NCBI GenBank assembly: GCA_964016885.1
Contig: CAXHJY010000821.1
Coordinates: 21,370 to 85,369, forward strand
Origin: Eledone cirrhosa
Taxonomy: Eukaryota
Direction of reading: 5' to 3'
DNA: 64,000 nucleotides
In this document: piece after piece, positions 14,205 to 26,562 of the stretch
How positions within the stretch are numbered: the first letter of the stretch is position 1
Layout of the letters: each line of letters starts with the position of its first letter
The notes under the pieces: model-generated
The model's database searches: none
Told to the model about the DNA's origin: nothing
The model's input: the letters and a program-made list of their open reading frames with translations, nothing else
Program-made: the position numbers and the translations under genes

Positions 14205-14411
14205 AGATCAAAAGATGGTTAAAAGAGTTCCAAGTATTTTATTATGCGCATTTCAAAAACAAATATCATCATGGGATGATATCTGCGTTCTCATCAGATA
14301 AAATAGGGAGACATGATATGAAGCTTAAAAAACACTTGTGAATAGTGAAATTTTAAATCATACTTGGAATAAAATAAAATACTTGGAACTCTTTTAACCA
14401 TCTTTTGATCT
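14205..14411. repeat. Perfect 39-bp inverted repeat enclosing a hammerhead ribozyme
   Basis: 14205-14243 is the exact reverse complement of 14373-14411. Confidence 0.95.
14235..14305 (-). ncRNA. Type I hammerhead ribozyme
   Basis: Minus strand: TATTTTAT-CTGATGA-GAACGCAGATATCATC-CCAT-GATGATATTTGTTTTT-GAAA-TGCGCA-TA-ATAAAATA; 8-bp helix I, 15/16-bp helix II (including G-U), palindromic helix III ATGCGCAT, AUA triplet. Confidence 0.85.
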
Positions 14412-14706
14412 CATATTATTTATACTCCGGTCCTACAAACTGTAGAGTGCTACTTATCCGATATTTGCATTGCTTTATTGTGCTACAATAAAACTCACCT
14501 CCTACATATATATATATATATTAATTAAAATAACAGAATTAAACTCAGAAGATCCTGTTAAGGGTGAAAGCAGCGATTCTTTGCTTAAACTTTAATCTGT
14601 TATTTTAATAAATATTTGCTCTACGGTTCTTATATATTTGATATATATTTATCCTTATCGAGCCCTCTTTGGAATTTAGTCTTCAAATTTATTATTATTA
14701 CTATAT

Positions 14707-14860
14707 ATCATCATCATCATCATCATCAACGTTTAACGTCCGTGTTCCACGCTTGCATGGGTTTGGACGGGGGTAGTCCCACTTGAGGCAAGAGTGATTG
14801 TCTTGCTCGCATAGGACTGTCTGGCAGGTTTTCTACAGTTGGATGCCCTTCCTAACACCA
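14707..14860 (-). mobile_element. Family C element, truncated
   Basis: Near-identical to 6168-6322. Confidence 0.75.
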
Positions 14861-15037
14861 TATATATATATATGTGTATATATATATACGTGTATAGTTG
14901 ATTGGAGTGTAACGTTTAGTTACTATTGATTCATCAATTTGAGCACTCAATGTTAATATGGATCCAGTTGCTGATGTGGTATTCTATGTTTGGTGTTTCA
15001 CTGCGGTTGTTATACATAAGAGGCAGAGTGTTAATAA

Positions 15038-15225
15038 TAATTGTTTCTACTTTTTGGCACAAGGCCAGCAATTACCCAGTGCATTACTGGTACTTTATTT
15101 TATCCACCCCGTAAGGATGAAAGGCAAAGTTAACCTCGGCGGGATTTGAACTCAGAATGGCAAGGGCCGTAACTCTTTGTGTCAAAGCATGGCATCCGAC
15201 CCTCTACCGATACTGCCAATCCACC
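15038..15225 (-). mobile_element. SINE family B, full length
   Basis: Reverse complement of the family consensus seen at 30018-30209. Confidence 0.88.
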
Positions 15226-15232
15226 TAATAAT

Positions 15233-15368
15233 AATAAGGAGCAATAATGAAGTATCAATATAGCATTATTATGTGTATTCACATGTGACATGATCAATAC
15301 AAGTCATACCTTGAGCACATGTAAATAAACAATGATGCTATATTGATACTTCGTTCATGCTCCTTATT
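15233..15368. repeat. Fold-back inverted repeat
   Basis: Perfect 18-bp (15249-66/15335-52) and 11-bp (15233-43/15358-68) arms. Confidence 0.85.
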
Positions 15369-16125
15369 TTACACACACACACACACACGCGTGTGTCTTG
15401 ATTTGGATTAAAGTTTGAAAAGAAGCAGTGTAGTCAAGTGTGTGTGATCCAACTTTTATATGTTCTGATCTAACTCTTCCCTAATAGCCTACTTCCCTTA
15501 AAAATCCAAGAAATCAAGTTAATAATGAGAAGCAGGGTACTATTTCACCTTGATGATGGTTGCAGGCAGCAAAACTCCTACTACTTTGACCACTTGCAAA
15601 GAAATATTACTCAAGTTAAAGAAAGACAGGATGTCCCTTTTAATGGTTCTCCTGACCTCAATTTTTAACATAAACCACATGAATTTGATTGGGTCTAAAG
15701 TAGGTAAGGTGGGAGAGGCCAAGATAAATGAAAAATAGGGAGGGACACTTAGAAAAGTGGGAAAGGTGATGGTGGTGGCTGTGGTGGGAGGGGCTGTAAA
15801 AGTAGAAAGTGGAAATAAAAAAAAAAAAAGATTGCAAGAAAACAAAAAGAAATGAAACAAAAACATCCTGAAATGTCAAATATTATCATCATGAGTAGCA
15901 ATGTGAAGATTCCAGTGAAAGAATTTAGTGAGTATTTCATAATGAAACCATGTCAACTATTGAAGTGACAATGAAATCAGCTATTCACAAGCTAGCTTTA
16001 ACTCCCATGACAATTACAATAACAGAAATTTGAAGACCTACATTTATTTATCTGCATACATAGTGATGATGATATATGTCTGTCTGTCTGTCTGTGCATG
16101 TGTTTGGGGTGTGGGGGTGTATATA

Positions 16126-16473
16126 TCATCATTTCATTTTCATTTCATTTTACGTCCACTTTTCCCTGCTTGCAAGGGTGGGACGGGAACTGATTCTGGC
16201 TTGATTTCTACAGCTGGATGCCCTTCCTAACACCAACCTCATTTACAGTGAGTACTGGGTGCTTTTTTTTTGCCGTAGCACCTCCACGGCCACTTTGCAG
16301 TGGAATGATATGGACCCCAGTCCCTACCATCTCATTTCTACAGCTGAGTAAACTGGAGCAATGTGAAATAAAGTGTCTTGCTCAAGGAAACAACACATCA
16401 CCCGGTCTGAGAATTGAACTCACAACCTTTCGATTGCAAGCCCAATGCTCTAACCACTAAGCCATGTGCCTCC
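16126..16473 (-). mobile_element. SINE family A, full length
   Basis: Reverse complement of 8023-8370 at high identity. Confidence 0.9.
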
Positions 16474-16527
16474 ATATATATATATATATACATACATACA
16501 TACATATATATATACACACACACACCC

Positions 16528-16564
<37 letters not shown>

Positions 16565-16837
16565 TGCATAATAATGATAAAAAGGACGAGGTGTTAGATA
16601 TTCATTACATTTATTGAGGTCTGACACACATTTCGCAATTGACCAGCATGCACATATGTATGTGTGTGTATATATATATATGCATATATTTTGTTTAATC
16701 CATCTTGTCTTTCAGTCGCATGTTTCACAGAAAGACAATATATATATATATATATATACATACAAATATATAGTTAAGGAACTAACCACAGTTGAATAAG
16801 GTACTCAATACGTTAGTAGAGAATAAGGATACTTATT

Positions 16838-16954
16838 ATATAGAAATGACTTCTACAGGTCTAGAACTGCTTCATTCATATGAAATCATCGAGAATGTCC
16901 CAGTGATTTCATATGGATGAAACAGCTCTAGTCCTGTAAAAGTTATTTCTATAT
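16838..16954. repeat. Fold-back with 51-bp imperfect arms and decayed hammerhead-like core
   Basis: Arms 16838-16888/16904-16954; TGA-TTTC-ATAT-GGAT-GAAAC at the turn. Confidence 0.8.
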
Positions 16955-17223
16955 GATATATATATTATGAATAATACATAGGAAACATAAAAACTAGCAC
17001 AACCTTAGATTTCATGGGCTGACTAAATTGCATGATTGCACTCGGTATTGAGTCAACCCTTCTTTTGAGAAAAGGGAGAAAATAAATCCTCTATTCATTC
17101 TGAAGAAATAAAGAGGTAGGAAGGAAAGAAAAGAAACCCAAGATTCACCTGTGCCTTTAAATAGAAATGAAAATATCAGATTTCAATTTTATTTCATTAA
17201 GTAAAAAAGTAGAAGACATGCGC

Positions 17224-19070
17224 TCTCAATTACATGCCAATACACTGGCAGCATGACTGTGGGTGATAGCGTGGCTAGGGCACTGGAATAATTGAGCACC
17301 CTCATGAGCATCATATTATATATCAGTAAGGCAAGCCACCAACAACAGCAAGAACCTCATTATCAGTGACCCAGATCTCCCAAATGTCTCAACTAACACA
17401 GGTTTAAAAAAAAATAGTTTGCTGATCTAAGGAGAATTAAATCAAATCTAATAGAAAGCGAAAAAACAATAACAATACACTGTTCAAAATACCACAAGAC
17501 AGACAAATGATATTAAATATATATACAAGCAACCATACTATATATGAATATATACAAGCTGGGTTTAAGAGGAATCCAAGGTGGTGTGCAGGAGAGAAGA
17601 CTGTATTGGTATGGACATATGATGTGAGTGGATAATGATTGTTGGGTGGGAAAGTGCCAGGAAATGCCATTGGAAGTAAGCTGCACTCGAGGTAGACCAA
17701 GAAACACCAGAGGTGAGCTGCAGAAAAGCCTGTCTCACAAACAGCCTGAAATTATCTAAAGTATCCCTCTTGTTCTTGTCTTTCCTCATCAGCGTTATTA
17801 TGGTCTGGCTCACAGAACTGGGAATAGTCCTGTGCTGTTGCAGTAGACTGCTTTGCAGAGACTGGCATTTCTACGTAAAATTTGTAGGCAGACCATCCAA
17901 ACCAGGTGACTTGCACCTCATGCAACCGACCAGGGAATCCTGAATTTTGGTTGATGTTATTGGCCTTTTGAAGCATTCAAGCATCAGTTGGGAAGAGTCA
18001 CAGGAAGCCACCAAGGTAGGAAATGATCTGCCACCTTCTCTGACACCACACCTTTCCTGAAAGTGGAATAAAGTGCTGGCAAAAGATGACACGCATCTAC
18101 CTGGAATTGTTCATCTTGGTCTGTCAAAGATTGAATCGTGGTTTTACCATGCTGTGCTTCTGCCACAAGAGCCCATTGAACAGCTTTCATTCCCTTGCTT
18201 CTTGGTCTAATGCCATTCTCGCCATTATATGTCTGTTACAATGCTGCTTCCAATCACCTTGTCTAATTCATCTACCAGCTGTCCCTCCTTTAAATTTGTT
18301 CATAGCTCTATACTTCTTTATTAAAGCCTATTGACATTACTCTAATCTCTCTCTTGAGAGCCCCACCACCACCTATTGTTGACGACCACCCTTGTCAACT
18401 TACACTTAACTAAAGTGGTGACCCGGTTCTGTAAGCTTTATGTGCCAGGACCGACATGTTCAGCTTCAAGAAACCAGGTCCTAACTTACTTGTCCCATCT
18501 AGGTCGACCATGCAGATCACAAATTTGTGATCTGAATAAGTGACTGCTTGAAAATGTGGACAACTTATACTATCCTTATCTACTGACCTAATAAAATACC
18601 TGTCTATATATGATCTAGATGACCCTATGTGGTTGATCCAGGTCTATATTGGCACATTAGGGTAATCTACTTGGTAACTGTCAGACAGTTGGAACTAGCT
18701 GATCAGGTATTTGAGGCTTTTGCACCCCCCACGCCTATTAGCTATTTCCACATAATCCCAGCATGTGTCTTAGATGCTGTTCCAGTCCCCTGCTAACAGT
18801 AAAGGGCGAGATGTTGCCAGAAAAGCTGCCAGGCACCTAAAGAATTGGGCCGTCCAGCCCTAGTTAGGGCGTAGGCACCACCTTCCCTATTGCTCACATC
18901 CAGGACCACCAAATTACCCTCTGGATCCAGGAAGATAGACCATACCCCTACCAACATCCTGGCCTTTCCTAAACAACATTTTCACCCTACCTCCCATTCC
19001 TGGCTGACTAAGAGATGTGGTCTCACTGACGGTAGTTACATACATATCTAGTGACCTGAAGACACACACA
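17224..19070 (-). mobile_element. Degenerate L1/Tx1-like LINE (APE endonuclease + RT N-terminus, probable 3' UTR piece)
   Basis: Minus-strand peptides FLDPEG, LLLAGDWNS, TWINHIGSSRSYIDR, YSDHKFV, GPGFLKLN, KSPGLDGLP; interrupted by stops and frameshifts. Confidence 0.8.
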
Positions 19071-20563
19071 CACAATTAATTGTTGCAAAGTTTTTATCTT
19101 TCATCAACTGAGTGTCAAATTTAGGTTAATCAAGATCTTGTAATAAGGCCATTTGAGTTATTTCCCTTAGCTCACATTATATATGTATAATATTTTATGT
19201 CAATAGAATATATACATAGAATAAACAATTTATATAAAAAGGAAATAAAATGTATTGGCTTGATTAAAGAAATATTAGAGGGAAACTTCAGCTCCCTCCA
19301 CTTCTGATGCGTGACTAAGTGTGTATGTCTTCTCTCACTTTTTTCTCCTCTTATATTTTAATATTTAAAAAAAATATAAATTGTCTTTATTTTTCATTTA
19401 AACTATACATGTATACATTTAATTTTATAATTTAGTCTCTGGAGAAGAGGTAGTACCAACAGTCATTCTAAGTTCCTTCATATAAGGAAGGTTGATATAT
19501 TCAGCTTAAACTTTTGCACATTTTGTAGAAAAACAAAAAGGGACAGCTAGTTTCAGATAATTGTGATTTTGGGGGACATGTTTTATATAGAAAAGGTAAC
19601 AATAAATGGAGAGGCAGAAACATATTTGCTATAAATCACTCCGGAAGATAAGATGCCTTTCCATTTTAATTTTGAAGGTGTGACATATATAGAAGTAACT
19701 ATTTGTGAAGTTATTTTTTGCTTCCAATAAATATAACTCAACTTTCTGTATGAATACTCTGGAGTATATATTGTGTAAATATGATAAGTACAAACATATG
19801 TATATATATATATATATATACATATATGAGTTTGTACATATATAAGTGTATTAATATATGTCTGTGTATATATATATATATATATACAATCTAGCTTGAG
19901 AGATTATTCTCAGTACTTTGGTTATGATAGGTGAAGATGCTTAGAACAACTCTGAGAAATGAAGTTTGTAAACTAAACTATGCACAACCTTACACTAGCA
20001 TAGTAAATTATTGGTATATAGGTGTCCAACAATGAAACAACTGCCCTTTTTTTCTGATGAGATCAAAGATAATGATGATTATCATGGTGATGAAGAAGAG
20101 AAGAACATGTGTTCATTCCACTGTGGGATAAATTTAAGCTGCTTACAGTATGAACAACAAACAGCTCACAGTGATCATGTTTCTGAATTCTGAAGGGAAA
20201 GTTTAGTCCTCTCCTCCTGATGTATCTCTCATTATTCTCATCATCAAATGTGAAAGAGATGAAAGATCTCTCAGACTTTCAACTATTAGTGTATCTGTGT
20301 TCTACATTTTCTGAGAATTAACTTTTCGATTAGCACTGAGTGACCTGAGCCTGCAGGCTATCTACTCTTACATTATGGTTCTAACTGCTCTTAGTATTAA
20401 ACTTTACTTCTTTTCCTTTTATTTCTAAAATTAAGTCTTTACATCTATGCCAGAGACATTTTAAACATTATTTCATTAATGATGGGGTGAGGGGTGCTGA
20501 GATTTTTTAAAAGTTCAAATAAAAAAAACTGTCAGTTGAAAGAAATTTAATAAGACAATATAT

Positions 20564-20749
20564 TTAACCCTTTAATGTTCAAACTGGCCAGAATTCTCTA
20601 CCTCTTTCTGATGTTAAGGTATTGTTCTCAAAATAAATACTTTCAAAATCTCATAGATTCGATATTATGTGAGATAATCATGCGAGGTAAAGCTTTTACC
20701 ATGAAAATATAATAGTATATATAGAAGAATGTGAATACTAAAGGGTTAA
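20564..20749 (+). mobile_element. TTAA-flanked MITE family M1 (piggyBac-like)
   Basis: TTAACCCTTTA...TAAAGGGTTAA termini; multiple copies. Confidence 0.75.
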
Positions 20750-20799
20750 AATGAAAAACTATGTATGTGCCATGATGATGATATATGCACATACACACA

Positions 20800-20847
<48 letters not shown>

Positions 20848-21037
20848 GCTGTCAGTACATTCAGGATATTCAAAGAGAACACAGCCAATCCAATCTCATC
20901 TGGCTTCTATACTTCATTAACAGGTAATATGGTAATATTGTTTTTATACGGTTTGCTCAATATGTTTTCTTAATAGTGTAACCTAGTTGAAGGAAGATCA
21001 ACAGATTTCCCCTCTGACTATGATTTATTATTATTAT

Positions 21038-21146
21038 AATCCCACTGAGGTTAACTCTGCCTTTCATCCTTACAGGGTCGATAAAATAAAGTACCAGTAA
21101 TACACTGAGATAATTGCTGGCCTTGTGCCAAAAGTAGAAACAATTA
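21038..21146 (+). mobile_element. SINE family B 3' part
   Basis: Matches the family B central and 3' domain. Confidence 0.8.
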
Positions 21147-23104
21147 TTATTATTATTATTATCATTATTATTATTATAAAAACTAAAAGCCTATATACTT
21201 CTTATGAATCAGATATGCCTTTTCGACCATCCTTTCAGTATAGAGAAAATAACTTCTCATATAATTAATGGGTCAGGAACTGATATGCAAAGGAATTTAA
21301 TTGCAATAAGATCCAGCAAGTTAATTCTGAATGTGTTGAGCTCCAAAGATGGATGGTATAAGGTGGAGGCAATCCTATTTATTAACTTTCCTGACCATTT
21401 ATAAAGTAAGCTACAAATTAATGTTTCGACAAGTAGCAAGTGACTGAATAGTTTACACATGTACAATGTAAGGGAAATGATAGAGCTACTGATATGGCTT
21501 CTGGAACCCTTTCATTGCCCTATTTCTAATGAAAGACACTGACTATGAATTTCAATTAATTTTGAATATCAACAATTTGGAGGAATTTAGGACTATAACT
21601 TTTGTACTATCAAGATGATGTTTGGAACACAAATTAAAGGATCTTACCAAAAATGATGACTAGTTTTTAGATATATATAAACACTTAAAAAAACAAACAG
21701 TTCTGTATTGTAGAAACAGGGCTAGCTTCAAGTAATTTGGTATTGAAAGAGTTAAGGGAGGACAGTGTGTAAAATTTCCCAGCTAAAATGTGTCACAATA
21801 AAAGAAGAATGATAATAAAAAAGTTTAATGATGTTAATGTTGCATTTGGAATTAAATCAACGAAGGATGAAATGGGAATAAGGATTCATCACAAGTTGTA
21901 AATATGCATTTGGCCTGAAGAGCTCGTTAGCATGGAAATATTATTTGCATGTTTGATGATGTGTTATAGATTTAGAAAACCAAAAGAAAGCTCATTAGTT
22001 ATAACTGGATAATGCAGTCTATATGTTGATATAAGTTTATTTGTACACAGAGCCACTAGACATCCTAAATAAACAATAATTACTTTCTAATTAGTTTGAG
22101 GGTTTTAAAGTCATTAGTGTTTCATGACATATCATGAGAATTAGATATCACACGCATTAAGGTTATCTAAGTGAAATAAAATTTGAAGCAAAGTTATTAG
22201 TCTAGATGCTAGACTATCAAAATTGCTAAGTGCCAACTAAATTTGAAATGATGAGTAAACTTAAACCTAAATTTCTGCATAACCTGAATGACTCTTTTCA
22301 ATCAGACATTCTTATGAATATTTTAGAGTTTACCTTTCTTCTGAAATAGATCTATTTATGGGGCCAGAAGGTCAGGTTGGAAAATTGTGGATCATATGGA
22401 AATACTTTAGCAGTATGTATATCTGTATGTATATCTTTGTATGATCACCAATCAAAACTATGTAAAGCTTTCGTTGATTTAGCTCTTAACATCCTTTACC
22501 ACATGAAACCATATTAGCAAGACATTCTTGAAAACTACAAAAGAGAACTATGACTGCATTACATTAACAATTAATGTCATTACTTTAGTTGACTGTAGAT
22601 TTTCACAGTATTCTTTTCACTAGTAGATGATACTATAAACATGAGAATTAACAAATCTATTGTTACATATCTTCTGCTAAATCATTGCAGAATCTTAATT
22701 CAGGTGGGGAATAACTGGTTTCATCCTTAAATATATATATTGCATCCATTTAAAAGAATATAGCATCTTACTGTTAGTCACAACTCATGTGATTTCTATT
22801 AATTGGTTTGTATAAGCTTCACCAAGAACTGCTTTACAGCTTTCATTATTCAATCGATTTGTTTTGAAGTCCCTCTTCACTCTCTAGGGTATGATTCTTT
22901 CCATTATAGAGATTTATAATGATAATAACTTGTCAGACATCAGGGATAACACCCTTGTGTATTAATCAAATTAGTTGTTTAAATAATTAGCTCCAAGATT
23001 ACCCAAAGCTTTTATCAATTTGGCTATATCATTTAACTCTGAATATCCTGCAATGATTTAGAAAAAACTATCTAAAAATGGTTTTATTACTTCAAATGTC
23101 TATA

Positions 23105-23405
23105 ATATCTTTACTAGTGGACAGATTGATGTGAAACTTTGCAGTGAACTAAAGTCAAGACTTTAATATGTATGTGATGCAGTCATAGTAATGTTTTATA
23201 TCTTTTAAGAGAGTCTTGTTAATGTGGTTTCATATGGTTTAATTCAAATGTTTATAACTTTACTAGTTGACAGATTGTTATAAGAATTTGCAATATTAGA
23301 GTAAAGACTTTAATTTTTAATGTGATGGAGTCATAGTGTGGTTTTGTCCTTTTCAAGAATCCCTTGTTAATATGGTTTCATGCAGTACAGGACATTAAGT
23401 GTTAC
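23105..23405 (+). repeat. Interspersed ~150-bp repeat family R, two tandem units
   Basis: TACTAGTGGACAGATTG...GACTTTAA...TGTGATGCAGTCATAG...CTTGTTAATGTGGTTTCAT; also at 40425-40805, 46925-47345 and 50920-51075. Confidence 0.7.
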
Positions 23406-23754
23406 TGGCCTTGAGGATGACTTTATCAGTTTTCACCTTCATATGATCCTTGCTTACCAATCTGTAAGATTGGTCTGTCGATGGAGCCAACATACAAAAA
23501 GAAGAGTTTTCTATTCTAACTCAGTGTTTTTTATACAACAGAATTTCTCAGCCTTATTCATGTCACCAGCTCTTCAACTTTTATGGCGATTATATAACTG
23601 TATATATACTTTCTCAAAGTTATATGAAATGTTTACTTTTCAAGGAAACATTAGTATAGAGAAAGTATATGAAAATAATATATCAAAATTGTTTTTTACA
23701 TTAACATTAAAACTAGAGCATATATGTATTTTAATAAAATGAATTAGAGAATGT

Positions 23755-24070
23755 ACGTGTATATATATATATATAATATATTTAGATTATGATGATGATT
23801 ATATATATATATATATATTTAGATTATGATGATGATACACACACACATCATTTTTTTATGTATATTTTTTTTATATATATATATATATTATATATATATA
23901 TTATATATTTAGATTATGATGATGATTATATATATATATATAATATATTTAGATTATGATGATGATTATATATATATAATATATTTAGATTATGATGATA
24001 TATATATATATATATAATATATTTAGATTATGATGATGATACACACACATATATATATATATATATATCA
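23755..24070. repeat. Minisatellite, unit ATATTTAGATTATGATGATGAT + (TA)n
   Basis: Six recurrences of TTTAGATTATGATGA. Confidence 0.9.
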
Positions 24071-24295
24071 AAAGCTATTTATTAAGATATCAGGTGTGAA
24101 CTTGTCAGTCACAGAGTTTCCTAACTAATAGAATACAAAATAAGATATTTTCTTTTCTAATATTTAGTGATAGTTTCAGAAGATTTTCACATATATAAAG
24201 CATATAACTAATAACCTAAAAGATAGTAGAGTATATATTATTATAAGAATGAGACAGTATTGAATGTTTGACCGAGGCAGAAAGGACCTCCTTAC

Positions 24296-24410
24296 CTTCA
24301 CAAGGCATGATCTCCAAAACAAAACATTTTGAGAAGTTACGTAATCCATTAAGCTATGAATCTTGAAAAGTTCACGACTTACCTAAAAAAAAAAAAAAAA
24401 AAAAATTAAA
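24296..24410 (-). other. Candidate recursive splice site with 87-nt RS exon
   Basis: Minus strand: CTTTAA-T21-AG|GTAAGT (junction 24383/24382), downstream donor GAAG|GTAAGG (24296/24295). Confidence 0.5.
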
Positions 24411-24914
24411 GTACGATATTGTATATAATGTTACTCTATTGAACTAATTATAATTAATATGAAAGTTACCATTATTTGTGAAGGGGTAAGGATACTTCAT
24501 ATTCTGCATTAAAAAAAAAATCTTGTATTAAGTACATTATTGATGGGGACAAATTTTCCTATTTTGGAATGCTATAAAATCATTATCAAACATGTGACAG
24601 GTAATAATAAAATATGAGAATGATGAGTACACCTGTACTGGTTAAACCACCACTATACATAGAAAGGAAAGAAAGAACATTTTGAAACATTAACCCTTTT
24701 GATTGCAACCTTCCCAAAACCACTATAAAGGGGTTCCTATTTAAATATAAACCTTCTAACTTAATTTCATATAGGTACCTTTTGTTAAATAATGTTACAA
24801 TTACCATCTTAGTAATGAAATAATATTTTAAATAAATCTATCCAAATATTTCATTAATTATTTAAGAAAGAAAGATAAACAATGTCCCAGACCTTGTTCG
24901 CTTACTGAGTGAGG

Positions 24915-25115
24915 TGAAACTCATCAGATTGAACCAAGGAAACAATGTTTCCATTAGTCTTTCTACTGCCGATACTATCTACTTGTTGCAACTCTTGGCA
25001 GAAGGAGTAACATGAAATAAGTGTCTTGCTCAAAGACAACACATCGGCCAGTAGGGAATCAAACTCACAACCATATGGTTGTGAATCAAACTCTCAAACC
25101 ACTAAGTCATACACT
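24915..25115 (-). mobile_element. tRNA-derived SINE family D
   Basis: tRNA-like head and TTGAGCAAGACACTT core on the minus strand; related copy at 43900-44108. Confidence 0.7.
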
Positions 25116-26382
25116 TTCACTAAAATACAGTATACTTCATCAGGAATATGGCCACAATAATAAGATAATCAATTCTAGTTACATTATAAAATCAAGTACA
25201 AAAATTAAACAAATTCTAGATATGCAAAATACCTCAATGAAACCAGTTAAATTCAGTAAAAAATACCTACTCTTACTTCCCTTGAACTGACCAAATATTG
25301 AAAGAATAAACAAGAAATCAAGAGAAATGGATAGTGAATCATTCATTTTGAGATATAATCATCAGCAGGTGTCATATTTCTGGCTGTGTACATACTGCCA
25401 GATCTGCAGCATAGATGGACGTTTTGAGAAATCTCTGATTTTTTAAAGGAATTTAACAATAAAAAAAATGTATAATCTTGCTATCAGACATTTAACAATA
25501 CATAATAATATCACAAATTGTTTGATAATTTTAAGGTGTCCACAGGGAAATCTAATTGGTATATAGAGATGGCACTATATGTAAGCTTGTATCATAAATG
25601 CTTTGTATTTCAGTCTAGTACACCCTGTAAAGTTGTTGGGGTTAGGAAGAGTTTCCAGATATAGAAACCATGCTAAAAGGGTTAAGAGAACACTCCAGTC
25701 CCAATATGGCAACATCTATTACTGGTGCCACAAAAAATACACCTAGTAGACTCTGTAAGGTAGTTGGTGATAGGATGGCATATAACAGTAGAAACTATGC
25801 CAAAAAAAGGTCTTTGGAGTTGTGTCAAGGACGTGACAAACTCTCTCGTGTTGGTGATCTACACAATAAATGCACCAGTGCAGACTACAATGTGGTTAGT
25901 GATGGGAAGAGCATCCACCTGTAAAAATCTTCTAAACAACGGGTTGAGAGGATTCATCAGTTGTGTCAAAGATATAAGAACTTCCCTAGTGCTGGTGCCA
26001 TGATAGAGTGCAGGAATGTATGTAAGCAAAAAGCAGGACCCTGGCATTTCTGAGAGGTCAGTAGTAACTATAATTAAGTACTGACTTGGTCTGTGACAAC
26101 CCGTCCAAACCTTGTCAGCAGTGAAAACAAATGTTAAACGATATTGATGAGATGATGATGTCTAAATTTGGACTGCATTGACAGAGTTGTGTAGTTGGAG
26201 ATAACAATAGGTCTTAGTTTAGAAAACAGGAAACTGTTCATTTGTAGTAGGCTAGCCTCAGATCTAGAAACAACACTTAGTTCTTGCCTACTTAATATTA
26301 GATTTACAGATGGCAGAATTAATAAGCATATCCTACGTTAAGTAATGGTTATTGCTGAAAAACAGTGAAATTATTGTAAAAT

Positions 26383-26562
26383 TAATTGTTTCTACTTTAG
26401 GCACAAGGCCAGCAATTACCCAGTGCATTACTGGTACTTTATTTTATCGACCCCGTAAGGATGAAAGGCAAAGTCAACCTCGGCGGGATTTGAACTCAGA
26501 TCGTAAAGGGACGTAACTATGCGGGAAAGCATGGCGTCCGACACGCTACCGATACTGCCAAT
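26383..26562 (-). mobile_element. SINE family B
   Basis: High identity to the reverse complement of 30018-30209. Confidence 0.88.

Noticed and set aside
15540-15960. Unique, more complex sequence with short ORFs (likewise 26585-26767)
   Set aside because: No recognisable domain or consistent splice signals; needs RNA-seq or homology evidence
21912-21950. CTGAAGA-GCT-CGTT-AGC-ATG-GAAA as a hammerhead
   Set aside because: Extra bases before GAAA and no helix I/III pairing
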